A DNA stretch of 64,000 nt from NCBI GenBank assembly GCA_046735395.1, contig JBJKQR010000062.1:86406-150405 (forward strand). Direction: 5' to 3'. The number at the start of each line of letters is the position of its first letter. The stretch's first letter is position 1. Of the stretch, positions 9,312 through 18,572 are shown piece by piece. The DNA is from Fidelibacterota bacterium. Its GTDB lineage: Bacteria; Fidelibacterota; Fidelibacteria; Fidelibacterales; DSDE01. Both the position numbers and the translations under genes were made by a program. Under the pieces are notes generated by a model. That model was not told the origin of the DNA. It was given only the letters and a program-made list of their open reading frames with translations, and made no database searches.

Positions 9312-10231
9312 TGAATACGCTTCCCATCCTTGTCATCACAGGCCCCACCGCTTCCGGCAAGACGGATCTCGCCATCCGCCTGGCCCAGCGGCTCAACGCG
9401 GAAATCATCTCCGCCGATTCGAGGCAGATTTATCGTGGCATGGAAATCGGAACGGCAGCTCCGTCCCGGGATGATCTGGACAGGGCTGTTCACCACTTCA
9501 TTTCCATCTTTGACCCGGACCGGCCCTATTCCGCCGGTGAATTCGGAGAAGATGCCAGGAAGAAAATCACCGACATACGCAGCCGGGGCAGAAATATCAT
9601 CGTCTGCGGCGGGAGCGGCATGTACATCCAGGCCATATTCGGAATGATCTATTCCGGCGGTGAAAGCAACAGCGCCATCCGGGAAGAGATTTTCCGTAAA
9701 GGCGAAGAGCTGGGGTGGGATATGCTGTACCGGGAGCTGCAGAGCAAGGATCCCGCCTGTGCTGACAAAATCTCCGTCAACGACACGAAACGCATTGCCC
9801 GGGCCTTCGAGATCATGGAGATTCATGGTGATATTCCCAGCCGTGTCTGGCGGGACAACGAAACACGCGTCGACCTGCCGCAGCTCCGCCTTCTCATCGC
9901 ACCGGAGAGAAAGGTGCTGCTGGAGCAGATAGAACACCGCACGGCAGCCATGATTGAGCAGGGCCTTGTGGCCGAAACCGAAACGCTTCTGCAAACCTAT
10001 CCGGCGGATATCAACGCGCTGAAAAGTGTGGGTTTCCAGGAAATCATTGACCATCTCCAGGGGCGATCCACCCTTGACCAGGCCGCCGCATTGATCAATA
10101 TTCATACCCGACAATTCGCAAAACGCCAGATGACCTGGTTTCGGCGTACCCCGCCCGATCTGGAAATTGATCAGGCCGCAGGGGCGGATGATATGATCCT
10201 CAACCTGCTTCATGATGCTGCCGGACAATAA
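9311..10231 (+). CDS. miaA: tRNA dimethylallyltransferase
   Basis: P-loop GPTASGKT, SADSRQIYRGMEIGTA, and a TGATG start/stop overlap with mutL. Confidence 0.9.
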   Translation: MNTLPILVITGPTASGKTDLAIRLAQRLNAEIISADSRQIYRGMEIGTAAPSRDDLDRAVHHFISIFDPDRPYSAGEFGEDARKKITDIRSRGRNIIVCGGSGMYIQAIFGMIYSGGESNSAIREEIFRKGEELGWDMLYRELQSKDPACADKISVNDTKRIARAFEIMEIHGDIPSRVWRDNETRVDLPQLRLLIAPERKVLLEQIEHRTAAMIEQGLVAETETLLQTYPADINALKSVGFQEIIDHLQGRSTLDQAAALINIHTRQFAKRQMTWFRRTPPDLEIDQAAGADDMILNLLHDAAGQ

Positions 10232-10308
10232 TTTCGCCATTACTTTATCTTTGCAAACCCGTAATAATCATGTAATTTTGCCTACAACCGCAATTCAGGG
10301 AGGGTCTG

Positions 10309-11544
10309 GTGTTATTTGACAGAAAACCGTTCACCTTCGACTCAGTCATCAGCAGCATCCTGAAAATTCTCGCCGTAGCCGGATTTATTCTGGCCCTTCA
10401 TTTTCTCCGGGATGTTCTGGTTCCCTTTGCGGTGGCGCTGCTTCTGGCCTACCTGACCGATCCTCTGGTCAGAGTCATTCAATATCGGGTTCGCTCCCGT
10501 TCCCTCGCCGTGCTGATCACGCTGGTAGGCGTTGTTCTGTTTATTGCAGCCCTGTTTTCGGTCATCATTCCGGCCATCGTGTCCGAAGTGAGCCATGCGG
10601 CCATGATGACCAGTGATTTCTTCAATAATTCGCAGATCGCTGAGCGGATGGCCCAGTATCTGCCGCAGGGAATCTGGCAGGCCGTAAAGGATTGGGTACT
10701 CAGCCCGGAAATTCAGAATCTCATCCGGGCCGAAAATATCATCCGTACGCTGGAAGCCCTGTCGCAGAACGTCCTGCCCGGCGCCTGGGGCTTGATCACC
10801 GGCACCGCCAATGTGCTGGTCTGGGTTCTGGGTATCGCATTTGTCCTGCTCTACCTCGTCTTCATTCTGCTGGACTTTGAGAAACTCCGCAGAATCTGGA
10901 AGGAGCTGATTCCCGTACCCTATCGTGAGGATATTGCCGGTTTTCTCGAAGAATTCAACGGCGCCCTGCATAAATATTTCCGTGCGCAGGCGGCCATTGC
11001 CGGAATTGTGGGCATTCTCTTTGCCATCGGGTTTGAAGTCATCAGCCTGCCTATGGGAGTTCTGCTCGGCCTCTTCGTGGGCCTCCTCAACCTCATTCCC
11101 TACCTCCAGATCCTGGGTTTTGTACCGGCCATCCTTCTGGCCATCATCCATGCCATTCAGAATGACAGCTCCATCTGGGGCATGATCGGTCTGACACTTC
11201 TGGTTTTCATCATCGTGCAGACGATTCAGGAAACTATCCTGGTTCCGCGTATCATGAACAAGAGCACCGGCCTCTCTCCGGCCATCGTCCTGCTGTCCCT
11301 CACGATCTGGGCAAAACTTCTCGGTTTTCTCGGCCTTATCATCGCCCTGCCCATGACCTATCTGATCTATACCTATTATATGAGATACCTGGCAAAAAGC
11401 TCGGATATCAGCTATGAACCGCTGGTTCGTGAAATAGGCCCCCAGCCGGAACGCCCGCCCCGGGAAAAAACGCTGACCGCGGCCCTGATAGATAAATTGC
11501 GGCCCGGTGATGACGAAAATGAAGACAAGGATCCGGAAGACTGA
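10309..11544 (+). CDS. AI-2E family transporter (PerM/UPF0118 permease)
   Basis: GTG start. The topology of about 8 TM segments and the sequence pattern match AI-2E. The C-terminal tail is acidic. Confidence 0.8.
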   Translation: MLFDRKPFTFDSVISSILKILAVAGFILALHFLRDVLVPFAVALLLAYLTDPLVRVIQYRVRSRSLAVLITLVGVVLFIAALFSVIIPAIVSEVSHAAMMTSDFFNNSQIAERMAQYLPQGIWQAVKDWVLSPEIQNLIRAENIIRTLEALSQNVLPGAWGLITGTANVLVWVLGIAFVLLYLVFILLDFEKLRRIWKELIPVPYREDIAGFLEEFNGALHKYFRAQAAIAGIVGILFAIGFEVISLPMGVLLGLFVGLLNLIPYLQILGFVPAILLAIIHAIQNDSSIWGMIGLTLLVFIIVQTIQETILVPRIMNKSTGLSPAIVLLSLTIWAKLLGFLGLIIALPMTYLIYTYYMRYLAKSSDISYEPLVREIGPQPERPPREKTLTAALIDKLRPGDDENEDKDPED

Positions 11545-11624
11545 ACCGATACGGTTTCCCGGCAGAGAACCCGATCCATCCCTTATATATCAATAATTCA
11601 AGATAAGCTTCAAAAACACCTGAA

Positions 11625-12956
11625 TCAGAGCAGCGTAGCCGCCAGTTCGGCAAGCTGTGACCGTTCGCCCTTTTCCAGATTGATGTGGGCATAGAGATTC
11701 TGGCTGCGCATCTTTTCGATCAGATAGGTGAGGCCGTTGGACTGCGTATCCAGATAGGGCTGATCAATCTGAAACACATCACCGGTGAACACGAGTTTCG
11801 TACCTTCTCCGGCCCGGGTAATGATGGTTTTCACTTCGTGGGGCGTCAGATTCTGCGCTTCATCCACGATAAAGTATATTTTCTGGAGACTGCGGCCGCG
11901 GATATAGGCCAGCGGTGAGATTACCAGCTTTTCCTCGGTGATCATGGATGAAATCTTCTTGTACTTTTCATCGTTTTCATTATACAGATGCTGGATGACC
12001 TTCAGATTATCCCACAGCGGCTGCATATAGGGATCAAGCTTGCTCTTCACATCACCGGGGAGAAATCCCAGATCCTTGTTGCTGAGGGGCACAACCGGCC
12101 GGGCGAGGTAGATCTGCCGGTAATGACGGGATTGCTCAATGGCGGAGGCCAGAGCCAGAAGCGTCTTGCCGGTGCCGGCTGTCCCGCTGATGGTTATGAG
12201 CGCCAGATCCCGGTTCAGCAGGGCATTCATGGCAAAGGTCTGCTCCGCATTCCGCGGTACGATCCCGAAACAGTTATCCTTGTCCACCTTCTCCAATATT
12301 TCCGCAACCGCATTATAGCGGACCAGAGCGCTCTGATTCATATTCCGCAGAATGAAATATTTATTGGGAATCAGTTCCGCCTGACCGTCCAGTACAGACG
12401 CAGGAATGGAAAAGGGCGCTTTGTACAGGGCTGAAATCTGTTCCGGATCCACATTTTCCAGAATATCCTTTCCGGCATAGAGATTATCGATGCTCTTGAT
12501 CTGGTCGCTGGTATAATCGTCAGCCCGGATTTCAAGGGCCTTGGCCTTGACCCGAAGATTCACATCCTTTGTAACGAGGACAACGTCACGGCCCGGATTA
12601 TCTGCCTGTACACTTAGAACAGTGGACAGAATCCGGTGATCCATCAGATCTTCCTTGAAAATTTTGCGGATATCGGGATGGACTTCACGTGTGATGGCGA
12701 TTCGGATCGTCCCCTTCTTTTCACCCAGAGGATAACCCGTCGAAAATATCTTTTTCCCCAGCATGGCATCCAGCGTTCTCACAAATTCACGGGCATTATG
12801 ATTGATGACCTGATTTCCGCGTTTGAAATGATCCAGTTCTTCCAGTACGGGCATGGGAATGACAATGTCATTATCCTGAAAATTGTGTATACAGGTCGCA
12901 TCATGCAGAATGACATTCGTGTCCAGAATGAAAATCTTCGTCTTGCGCTTTGCCAT
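11625..12956 (-). CDS. PhoH-family ATPase with an N-terminal PIN domain (PhoH2/YlaK type)
   Basis: The PIN start is FILDTNVILHD. Walker A is GTAGTGKT. It also carries IVDEAQN and a PhoH C-terminal region. Confidence 0.85.
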   Translation of the reverse strand: MAKRKTKIFILDTNVILHDATCIHNFQDNDIVIPMPVLEELDHFKRGNQVINHNAREFVRTLDAMLGKKIFSTGYPLGEKKGTIRIAITREVHPDIRKIFKEDLMDHRILSTVLSVQADNPGRDVVLVTKDVNLRVKAKALEIRADDYTSDQIKSIDNLYAGKDILENVDPEQISALYKAPFSIPASVLDGQAELIPNKYFILRNMNQSALVRYNAVAEILEKVDKDNCFGIVPRNAEQTFAMNALLNRDLALITISGTAGTGKTLLALASAIEQSRHYRQIYLARPVVPLSNKDLGFLPGDVKSKLDPYMQPLWDNLKVIQHLYNENDEKYKKISSMITEEKLVISPLAYIRGRSLQKIYFIVDEAQNLTPHEVKTIITRAGEGTKLVFTGDVFQIDQPYLDTQSNGLTYLIEKMRSQNLYAHINLEKGERSQLAELAATLL

Positions 12957-13170
12957 GACAGATCCTCCGTTTTAATTTAAGTTAAAGCGATCACAGACGT
13001 TTCTCCACAGAATTCTCTGCAGGCCTTTCCCCTGCAAGTCCCTTTCCTGCAATGATTATTGTAGAAATCAGGTGCGAACCTTCGGCAGACATTCGGGAAA
13101 TGAAGACAGGGCCTGATTGGTATTTGGATTCCCGGGCAGAAATTTTTATGTTCCTTCTGATGATAGGGAT

Positions 13171-14547
13171 ATGGGCACTGTGAAACGAATTCGTATTGAG
13201 ATCTGCGGTTCCGGAGGACCGGAACTGGCTGGACGTCTGACGGCCCTGCTTCCGGACAGAGCCCTTTATGATACGGCCATCACCGATACGGCCGAAGAAT
13301 TGCCGAAACGCTCCGCGCCCAAACTCCCGGACATGCTCATTGTACCTGAAACGGAACTAAAGCGTATCGCTCCCCTTTTTCCCGATATTATCGCCGACTG
13401 CATGGAACGCAGGCCGGATATGATCATTATTGTCTTTACAATGAAACAGACACTTCCGGCGGCGATGCGTGCCATAGAAGCCGGCGCTTACCAGTACGTG
13501 AGAATGCCGGCGGAAAATGATGAGATCCGACTGCTTCTCGAATCCTCGCTGCAGAAGCTCGGCTCAGGCGGAGGCCGGGAAAATGCCGACCAGGAGACGC
13601 CCGATAAATTCGGCGGCATCATCGGACAGACCGATGTCATGCAAGCCGTTTTTGAACAGGTTCGCCAGGCTGCAGAAACCGACATCCCGGTTCTGATCGT
13701 AGGCGAAACCGGAACCGGTAAGGATCTGCTTGCCTTTACGCTGCACAAGCTGAGCCTGCGCAGAGATGAGCCCTATCTGGCTGTAAACCTGGGTGCCCTG
13801 CCTCCGGAACTGGTGGCCAGTGAACTATTCGGTCATGAAAAAGGCGCCTTCACCGGGGCCGTTCATCAGCATAAGGGTGTGTTTGAGCAGGGCAACAAGG
13901 GAACGGTCTTTCTCGATGAAATTGATTCCATGAGCGAGAAAATACAGGTTTCCCTGCTGCGCCTTCTGGAACAGAAAAAATTCAAGCGACTGGGCGGCTC
14001 CAGGTCCATCAACAGCGCGGCCCGTATTATCGCTGCCTCCAATGAAGATCTGGACAGCCTGACCCGTCAGGGCAGTTTTCGCAGTGACCTTTTTTACCGC
14101 CTGGATGTATTCCGTATATCCCTTCCCGCCCTTCGGGACCGAAAAGAGGATATTCCCCTTATTGCCGAAGAATTACGATTGAAATATGCACAGAAATACA
14201 ATCGGAATATTCAGAGTATTTCGAGGTCCGCCATGACTGCTCTTGTGGATTTCGAATGGCCCGGAAATGTACGGGAACTGAAAAATGTCATACAGCGGGC
14301 CATCCTGGTCTGTGACGAAGCGGAAATACAGCTGGAACACCTGCCCCAGCGCTTTCATCATTTTACCACCGAATCCCCCACCATTACGGTTCAGATCGGA
14401 ACTCCGCTGGCTGCCATAGAAGAGGATATCCTGATCGCCACCCTTGAAGCAAATCAGAACAATCGTGCAAAAAGCGCCAAAGATCTGAAAATCAGTCGGC
14501 GAACACTGTATAATAAACTTGAAAAATACGGCCGTAAAGATAAATAG
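13171..14547 (+). CDS. Sigma-54-dependent transcriptional activator (NtrC family) with an atypical receiver-like N-domain and a Fis-type HTH
   Basis: The ATG at 13171 follows AGGGA. The AAA+ core carries GETGTGKD, the GAFTGA loop (EKGAFTGA) and ESELFGHE-like motifs. The C-terminal HTH reads ISRRTLYNKLEKYG. Confidence 0.85.
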   Translation: MGTVKRIRIEICGSGGPELAGRLTALLPDRALYDTAITDTAEELPKRSAPKLPDMLIVPETELKRIAPLFPDIIADCMERRPDMIIIVFTMKQTLPAAMRAIEAGAYQYVRMPAENDEIRLLLESSLQKLGSGGGRENADQETPDKFGGIIGQTDVMQAVFEQVRQAAETDIPVLIVGETGTGKDLLAFTLHKLSLRRDEPYLAVNLGALPPELVASELFGHEKGAFTGAVHQHKGVFEQGNKGTVFLDEIDSMSEKIQVSLLRLLEQKKFKRLGGSRSINSAARIIAASNEDLDSLTRQGSFRSDLFYRLDVFRISLPALRDRKEDIPLIAEELRLKYAQKYNRNIQSISRSAMTALVDFEWPGNVRELKNVIQRAILVCDEAEIQLEHLPQRFHHFTTESPTITVQIGTPLAAIEEDILIATLEANQNNRAKSAKDLKISRRTLYNKLEKYGRKDK

Positions 14548-14597
14548 TATAATTATTATACATTCTCGGTTTGACATTTTAACTATTCACAATTATA

Positions 14598-14613
14598 TGT
14601 AAATATATTTACA
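14598..14613. promoter_or_regulatory. Perfect 16-bp palindrome TGTAAATATATTTACA (candidate activator/repressor site)
   Basis: Read directly from the sequence. It lies in the AT-rich region between the sigma-54 activator and kamA, flanked by ACAT(A)TTCT repeats. Confidence 0.3.
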
Positions 14614-14752
14614 CATTCTTGTCAATTGTTCAAGATATGGCTAAATATTATACATATTCTGCATTTACATCGCAGCGGCAGCATTTTCACCAGCAGCCAT
14701 GACGCGGATTATCTAATTAATATTTAATAAGATATATAATAATTTCCAATCA

Positions 14753-14768
14753 CGGCATCATTCTTGTC
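14753..14768 (+). promoter_or_regulatory. Weak candidate sigma-54 (-24/-12) promoter
   Basis: CGGCAT-cattc-TTGT compared with the consensus TGGCAC-N5-TTGC. The spacing is correct but three positions mismatch, including the C of the -12 GC. An alternative candidate is TGGCGC-tccta-TTTC at 14809-14823. Confidence 0.2.
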
Positions 14769-14906
14769 TGTGTAGCGGAGATGGTGATTTTCAGGACAAA
14801 TTTCAACATGGCGCTCCTATTTCACTCATATTAAATGAGGGAGCATGCGGCTCCCGGCACGAAAGTTCTGCCTGAAGGCAGAGGAAAATAAAGGACAGGA
14901 TATTTT

Positions 14907-16235
14907 ATGACCATTTACAATGCACACCAGCAAAGCATAGCCGAGCGGATTGAGAAAAAAGTTCCCATCGGCCAGTGGAAGGACTGGACCTGGCAGATGC
15001 GGCACCGGGTACAGGATATTGAAACGTTTGAAAAGCTGCTGGGAATAAAATTCAGCGTGGCGGAGCGCCGGAGCCTGCAGGAAACGATACGGAAATTTCC
15101 CCTTTCCGTACCGCCCTATTATATTTCTCTCATTAATACAAAGGACTTCAAGAACGACCCGGTCTTCAAGCAGGCATTTCCCAACTCTGCCGAACTGATC
15201 ATTGCGGATCAGGACATGTCGGATCCGCTGGCCGAGGATAAGGACAGTCCGGCCCCCGGCATCACTCACCGCTACCCGGACAGGGTTCTGTTCACTATCA
15301 GTAATATGTGCGCCATGTACTGCCGTCACTGCACCCGGAAACGCAAGGTGGGCGATGTGGATTTCATCCCCAACAAAGGCATGATCAAGGCCGGAATCGC
15401 CTATATAAAGAAAACCCCGCAGATCCGGGACGTTCTCCTGTCCGGCGGCGATCCCTTTCTGCTCTCCGATGATTTTCTGGACTGGATTCTGACGGAGATC
15501 CGCAGCATCCCCCATGTGGAAATTATCCGCATCGGCACCCGGGTTCCCGTTGTGCTCCCTTACCGGGTCACAGATGATCTGGTCGCAGTCCTGAAAAAGC
15601 ATCACCCGCTTTGGATCAATACCCATTTCAATCATCCCCGGGAAATCACCGAATCAGCCCGGGAAGCTCTGAGCAAACTGGCGGATGCCGGGATTCCCCT
15701 CGGCAATCAATCCGTACTTCTCGCCGGTGTCAACGACTGTCCCCGCATAATGAGATCTCTGGTGCATAAGCTGGTACAGAATCGTGTAAGGCCCTACTAT
15801 CTGTATCAGTGCGATCTGTCGGAAGGCCTGTCCCATTTCCGCACACCCATCGGCAAGGGAATTGAAATCATTGAAAGCCTCATCGGCCACACCAGCGGAT
15901 TTGCCGTTCCCACCTATGTCATCGATGCTCCCGGCGGCGGCGGCAAAATCCCCATCATGCCTAATTATATCGTATCCTGGTCCACCAACAAAGTCGTTCT
16001 CAGAAACTATGAAGGAGTGATTACCACCTACAAGGAACCGGACAGTTACGAACCGGTGTTCTGTGACCGGAATTGTGAAAAATGCGATCTTCAGCTGGAA
16101 CTGGAAGGGTCGGAGGACTACAATTTCACCGGAATCGCCGAACTGCTGTCGGATGCCGATGAGAAGATATCCCTCATCCCCGAAAACAATGAACGTCTCG
16201 AGAGACGGAATGATGACGAACAGGAGACGATTTAA
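14907..16235 (+). CDS. kamA: Lysine 2,3-aminomutase (radical SAM)
   Basis: Carries the [11 protein letters not shown] CxxxCxxC cluster motif. LLSGGDP and the [11 protein letters not shown] and [10 protein letters not shown] signatures are KamA/AblA-type. Confidence 0.9.
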   Translation: MTIYNAHQQSIAERIEKKVPIGQWKDWTWQMRHRVQDIETFEKLLGIKFSVAERRSLQETIRKFPLSVPPYYISLINTKDFKNDPVFKQAFPNSAELIIADQDMSDPLAEDKDSPAPGITHRYPDRVLFTISNMCAMYCRHCTRKRKVGDVDFIPNKGMIKAGIAYIKKTPQIRDVLLSGGDPFLLSDDFLDWILTEIRSIPHVEIIRIGTRVPVVLPYRVTDDLVAVLKKHHPLWINTHFNHPREITESAREALSKLADAGIPLGNQSVLLAGVNDCPRIMRSLVHKLVQNRVRPYYLYQCDLSEGLSHFRTPIGKGIEIIESLIGHTSGFAVPTYVIDAPGGGGKIPIMPNYIVSWSTNKVVLRNYEGVITTYKEPDSYEPVFCDRNCEKCDLQLELEGSEDYNFTGIAELLSDADEKISLIPENNERLERRNDDEQETI

Positions 16236-17653
16236 TGCACAGTGTCGATTACCTCATTTTTGGTTTGTACTTCCTGATTGTTCTGGGAATTGGTGTCTAT
16301 TTTTTCAGGAAAAACGAGGATCGTGAAGACTATTTCGTGGGGGGCCGCAGCATCTCCGCGTCTCACGTCGGCATGAGTATTGTGGCGACGGATGTGGGCG
16401 GCGGTTTCAGCATCGGCCTGGGAGGCCTGGGCTACCTGATGGGACTGTCCGGTAGCTGGCTGCTCTTCACGGGCCTGGTCGGTGCCTGGCTGTCTGCGGT
16501 TCTGGTTGTCCCCCGCATCAAGGCAGTGGATGAAAAATTCGACATGCTCACCTATCCGGATTTTCTGAAACTCAGATACGGGACTAAAGTCGCTCTGGCT
16601 GCTTCGCTCATCTCAGGTATCGGCTATCTGGGTTTCACAGGCGCACAGATCCTCGCCGGCGCGAAACTTGCTGCTGTGACGGTTTTTTCCTCGGTCACGA
16701 TCATGGATCCGCTGCACCTGGCCCTGTATGTCATGGCCGGCATCGTCCTGATCTACACTGTCCTGGGCGGGCTCAAGGCTGTAATTTATACCGATACGGT
16801 CCAATGGGTGGTCCTTCTGGCGGGGCTGCTTTTTTTCGGAGTTCCCTGGGCAATCAAGGAAGTGGGCGGCTGGCATGCCCTGAAAGCCGGTCTGCCGCCA
16901 GAATACTTTTCACTGACCAATGTGAGCGGGATTCAGATATTGAACTGGTTTTTCACCATCATTCCCATCTGGTTCATCGCCATGACCCTGTATCAGCGGA
17001 TTTATGCCGTACGGAACGAGAAGGAAGCGAAAAAAGCCTTTTATATCGCCGGGTTTCTGGAATATCCCATCATGGCCTTCATCGGCGTCTTTCTCGGTAT
17101 GTGCGCCCGGATTTTCTTTCCGGATGTAGAGAGCGAACTGGCCATGCCCCTCATGCTGCGCGACATCCTCCCCATCGGCATCACCGGGATCGTCACCGCA
17201 TCCTTTTTCTCCGCTATCATGTCCACGGCCGACAGTTGTCTCATCGCCTCCTCAGGCAATTTTGTAAACGACATCATCGAACCACTCTGGCTGAAGGGGA
17301 AGAGCAACAAGACGCTGATCCGCGTATCGCAGATCGCCACCCTGGTCATCGGCGCGGCCACTCTGATCATCGCATCCTCCTTCACAACTGTCCTCGAGCT
17401 GATTCTCAATGCCTACAGCTTCATGGTCGCCGGGCTATTCATCCCGACTCTCGGCGCGCTTTTTCTGAAAAAGCATGATGAACCATCTGCCGTTACCGCC
17501 ATGATTCTCGGCGGCGGTTTCACGCTCATCCTGATTTTTTCCGATCTCTCCATGCCCTATGGACTGGATTCATCCATCGGCGGCATTCTCGTTTCGGGTC
17601 TCGTATTTTTCGGCATGAACGGACTTCGAAGCAGACGGATCCATCATGACTGA
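16235..17653 (+). CDS. Sodium:solute symporter (SSS family) permease
   Basis: About 13 TM segments with an SSS N-terminal pattern (DYFVGGRS, TDVGGG). TAATG overlap with kamA and an 8-nt overlap with the next gene. Confidence 0.85.
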   Translation: MHSVDYLIFGLYFLIVLGIGVYFFRKNEDREDYFVGGRSISASHVGMSIVATDVGGGFSIGLGGLGYLMGLSGSWLLFTGLVGAWLSAVLVVPRIKAVDEKFDMLTYPDFLKLRYGTKVALAASLISGIGYLGFTGAQILAGAKLAAVTVFSSVTIMDPLHLALYVMAGIVLIYTVLGGLKAVIYTDTVQWVVLLAGLLFFGVPWAIKEVGGWHALKAGLPPEYFSLTNVSGIQILNWFFTIIPIWFIAMTLYQRIYAVRNEKEAKKAFYIAGFLEYPIMAFIGVFLGMCARIFFPDVESELAMPLMLRDILPIGITGIVTASFFSAIMSTADSCLIASSGNFVNDIIEPLWLKGKSNKTLIRVSQIATLVIGAATLIIASSFTTVLELILNAYSFMVAGLFIPTLGALFLKKHDEPSAVTAMILGGGFTLILIFSDLSMPYGLDSSIGGILVSGLVFFGMNGLRSRRIHHD

Positions 17654-18488
17654 CCGTATTGAGAAACTCGGCGACTCCCTTATCCATCACGGGCCGGCCA
17701 ATAACCGCATCTATCTGATGAAACTCGGGAAGGATGACCCGACTAAATTGATCATGCATCTGAAATCCCTCGCGCAGAAAAATGGCTACGGAAAAATTGT
17801 GGTAAAAATTCCTGAGAGCGTATCCCCTGTCTTTATCAGGAATGGATTTGCCGCGGAGGCGTCCATACCCGGTTTTTTCCAGGGAAAGGAATCCGCCATC
17901 TTCCTGTCCCTTTTCAGGGATGAAAAACGCAGAATCCTGAGCGATCAGGAAGAAAGCGAAACACAGGCCAACCTTGAACTGGCTCAGGGCCGCAAACAGG
18001 ATGAGATGCTGCCGGAGCTTTCACAGAAATTCCGGCTGAGACTCCTGGATGAATCGGATATCAACCAGCTTCAGAACCTGTATAAAATCGTTTTTCCCAG
18101 CTACCCCTTTCCCATTCACGATCCGGATTACCTCTGCGAAACCATGCAATCACATGTGAAATACTTCGGCGCCTTCTGTCAGGGAACACTGCTTGCCTGC
18201 GCGTCATCGGAGACGGATCCGGTCAATCTGAATGCTGAGATGACGGATTTTGCCACCCATCCCGATGCAGGAGGGCAGCGCCTGGCCCTTCACCTGCTGC
18301 GGCTCATGGAGGAGACAATGGTTTCCAGCGGCTACCGTTGCCTCTACACCATTGCGCGATCTTATTCGGCTCCCATGAATATCACTTTTTCTCGGAACGG
18401 CTATTTCTATACCGGAACACTGGTGAATAATACGGATATTTTCGGAAAGATCGAAAATATGAATGTCTGGACTAAAGCACTGACCTGA
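17646..18488 (+). CDS. ablB: Putative beta-lysine N6-acetyltransferase (GNAT, AblB/YodP type)
   Basis: The N-terminal HHGPANNRIYLMKL and the C-terminal GNAT core ending NNTDIFGKIENMNVWTKAL resemble the AblB family. It lies in the same operon as kamA. Confidence 0.7.
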   Translation: MTDRIEKLGDSLIHHGPANNRIYLMKLGKDDPTKLIMHLKSLAQKNGYGKIVVKIPESVSPVFIRNGFAAEASIPGFFQGKESAIFLSLFRDEKRRILSDQEESETQANLELAQGRKQDEMLPELSQKFRLRLLDESDINQLQNLYKIVFPSYPFPIHDPDYLCETMQSHVKYFGAFCQGTLLACASSETDPVNLNAEMTDFATHPDAGGQRLALHLLRLMEETMVSSGYRCLYTIARSYSAPMNITFSRNGYFYTGTLVNNTDIFGKIENMNVWTKALT

Positions 18489-18521
18489 CGATATCAGGTA
18501 TTTAATTTTTCGCGGATAAAT

Positions 18522-18553
18522 AAAAAAGGCTGCCCGAGCGGACAGCCTTTTTT
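18522..18553. terminator. Bidirectional rho-independent terminator between convergent operons
   Basis: An A6 run, then GGCTGCCC-gagc-GGACAGCC (one mismatch), then a T6 run. Confidence 0.6.
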
Positions 18554-18572
18554 ATGAAGGTCTGAAATTCGG

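Noticed and set aside
14856-14871. GGCACG-aaagttc-TGC upstream of kamA. The -24 half looks like an excellent sigma-54 match.
   Set aside because: The GG-to-GC spacing is 12 nt instead of the strictly conserved 10. The implied transcription start would also fall on or after the RBS.
14769-14906. Possible lysine (L-box) riboswitch in the kamA leader.
   Set aside because: The leader is too short and lacks the conserved L-box core sequences I can recall. Only two simple hairpins are present.
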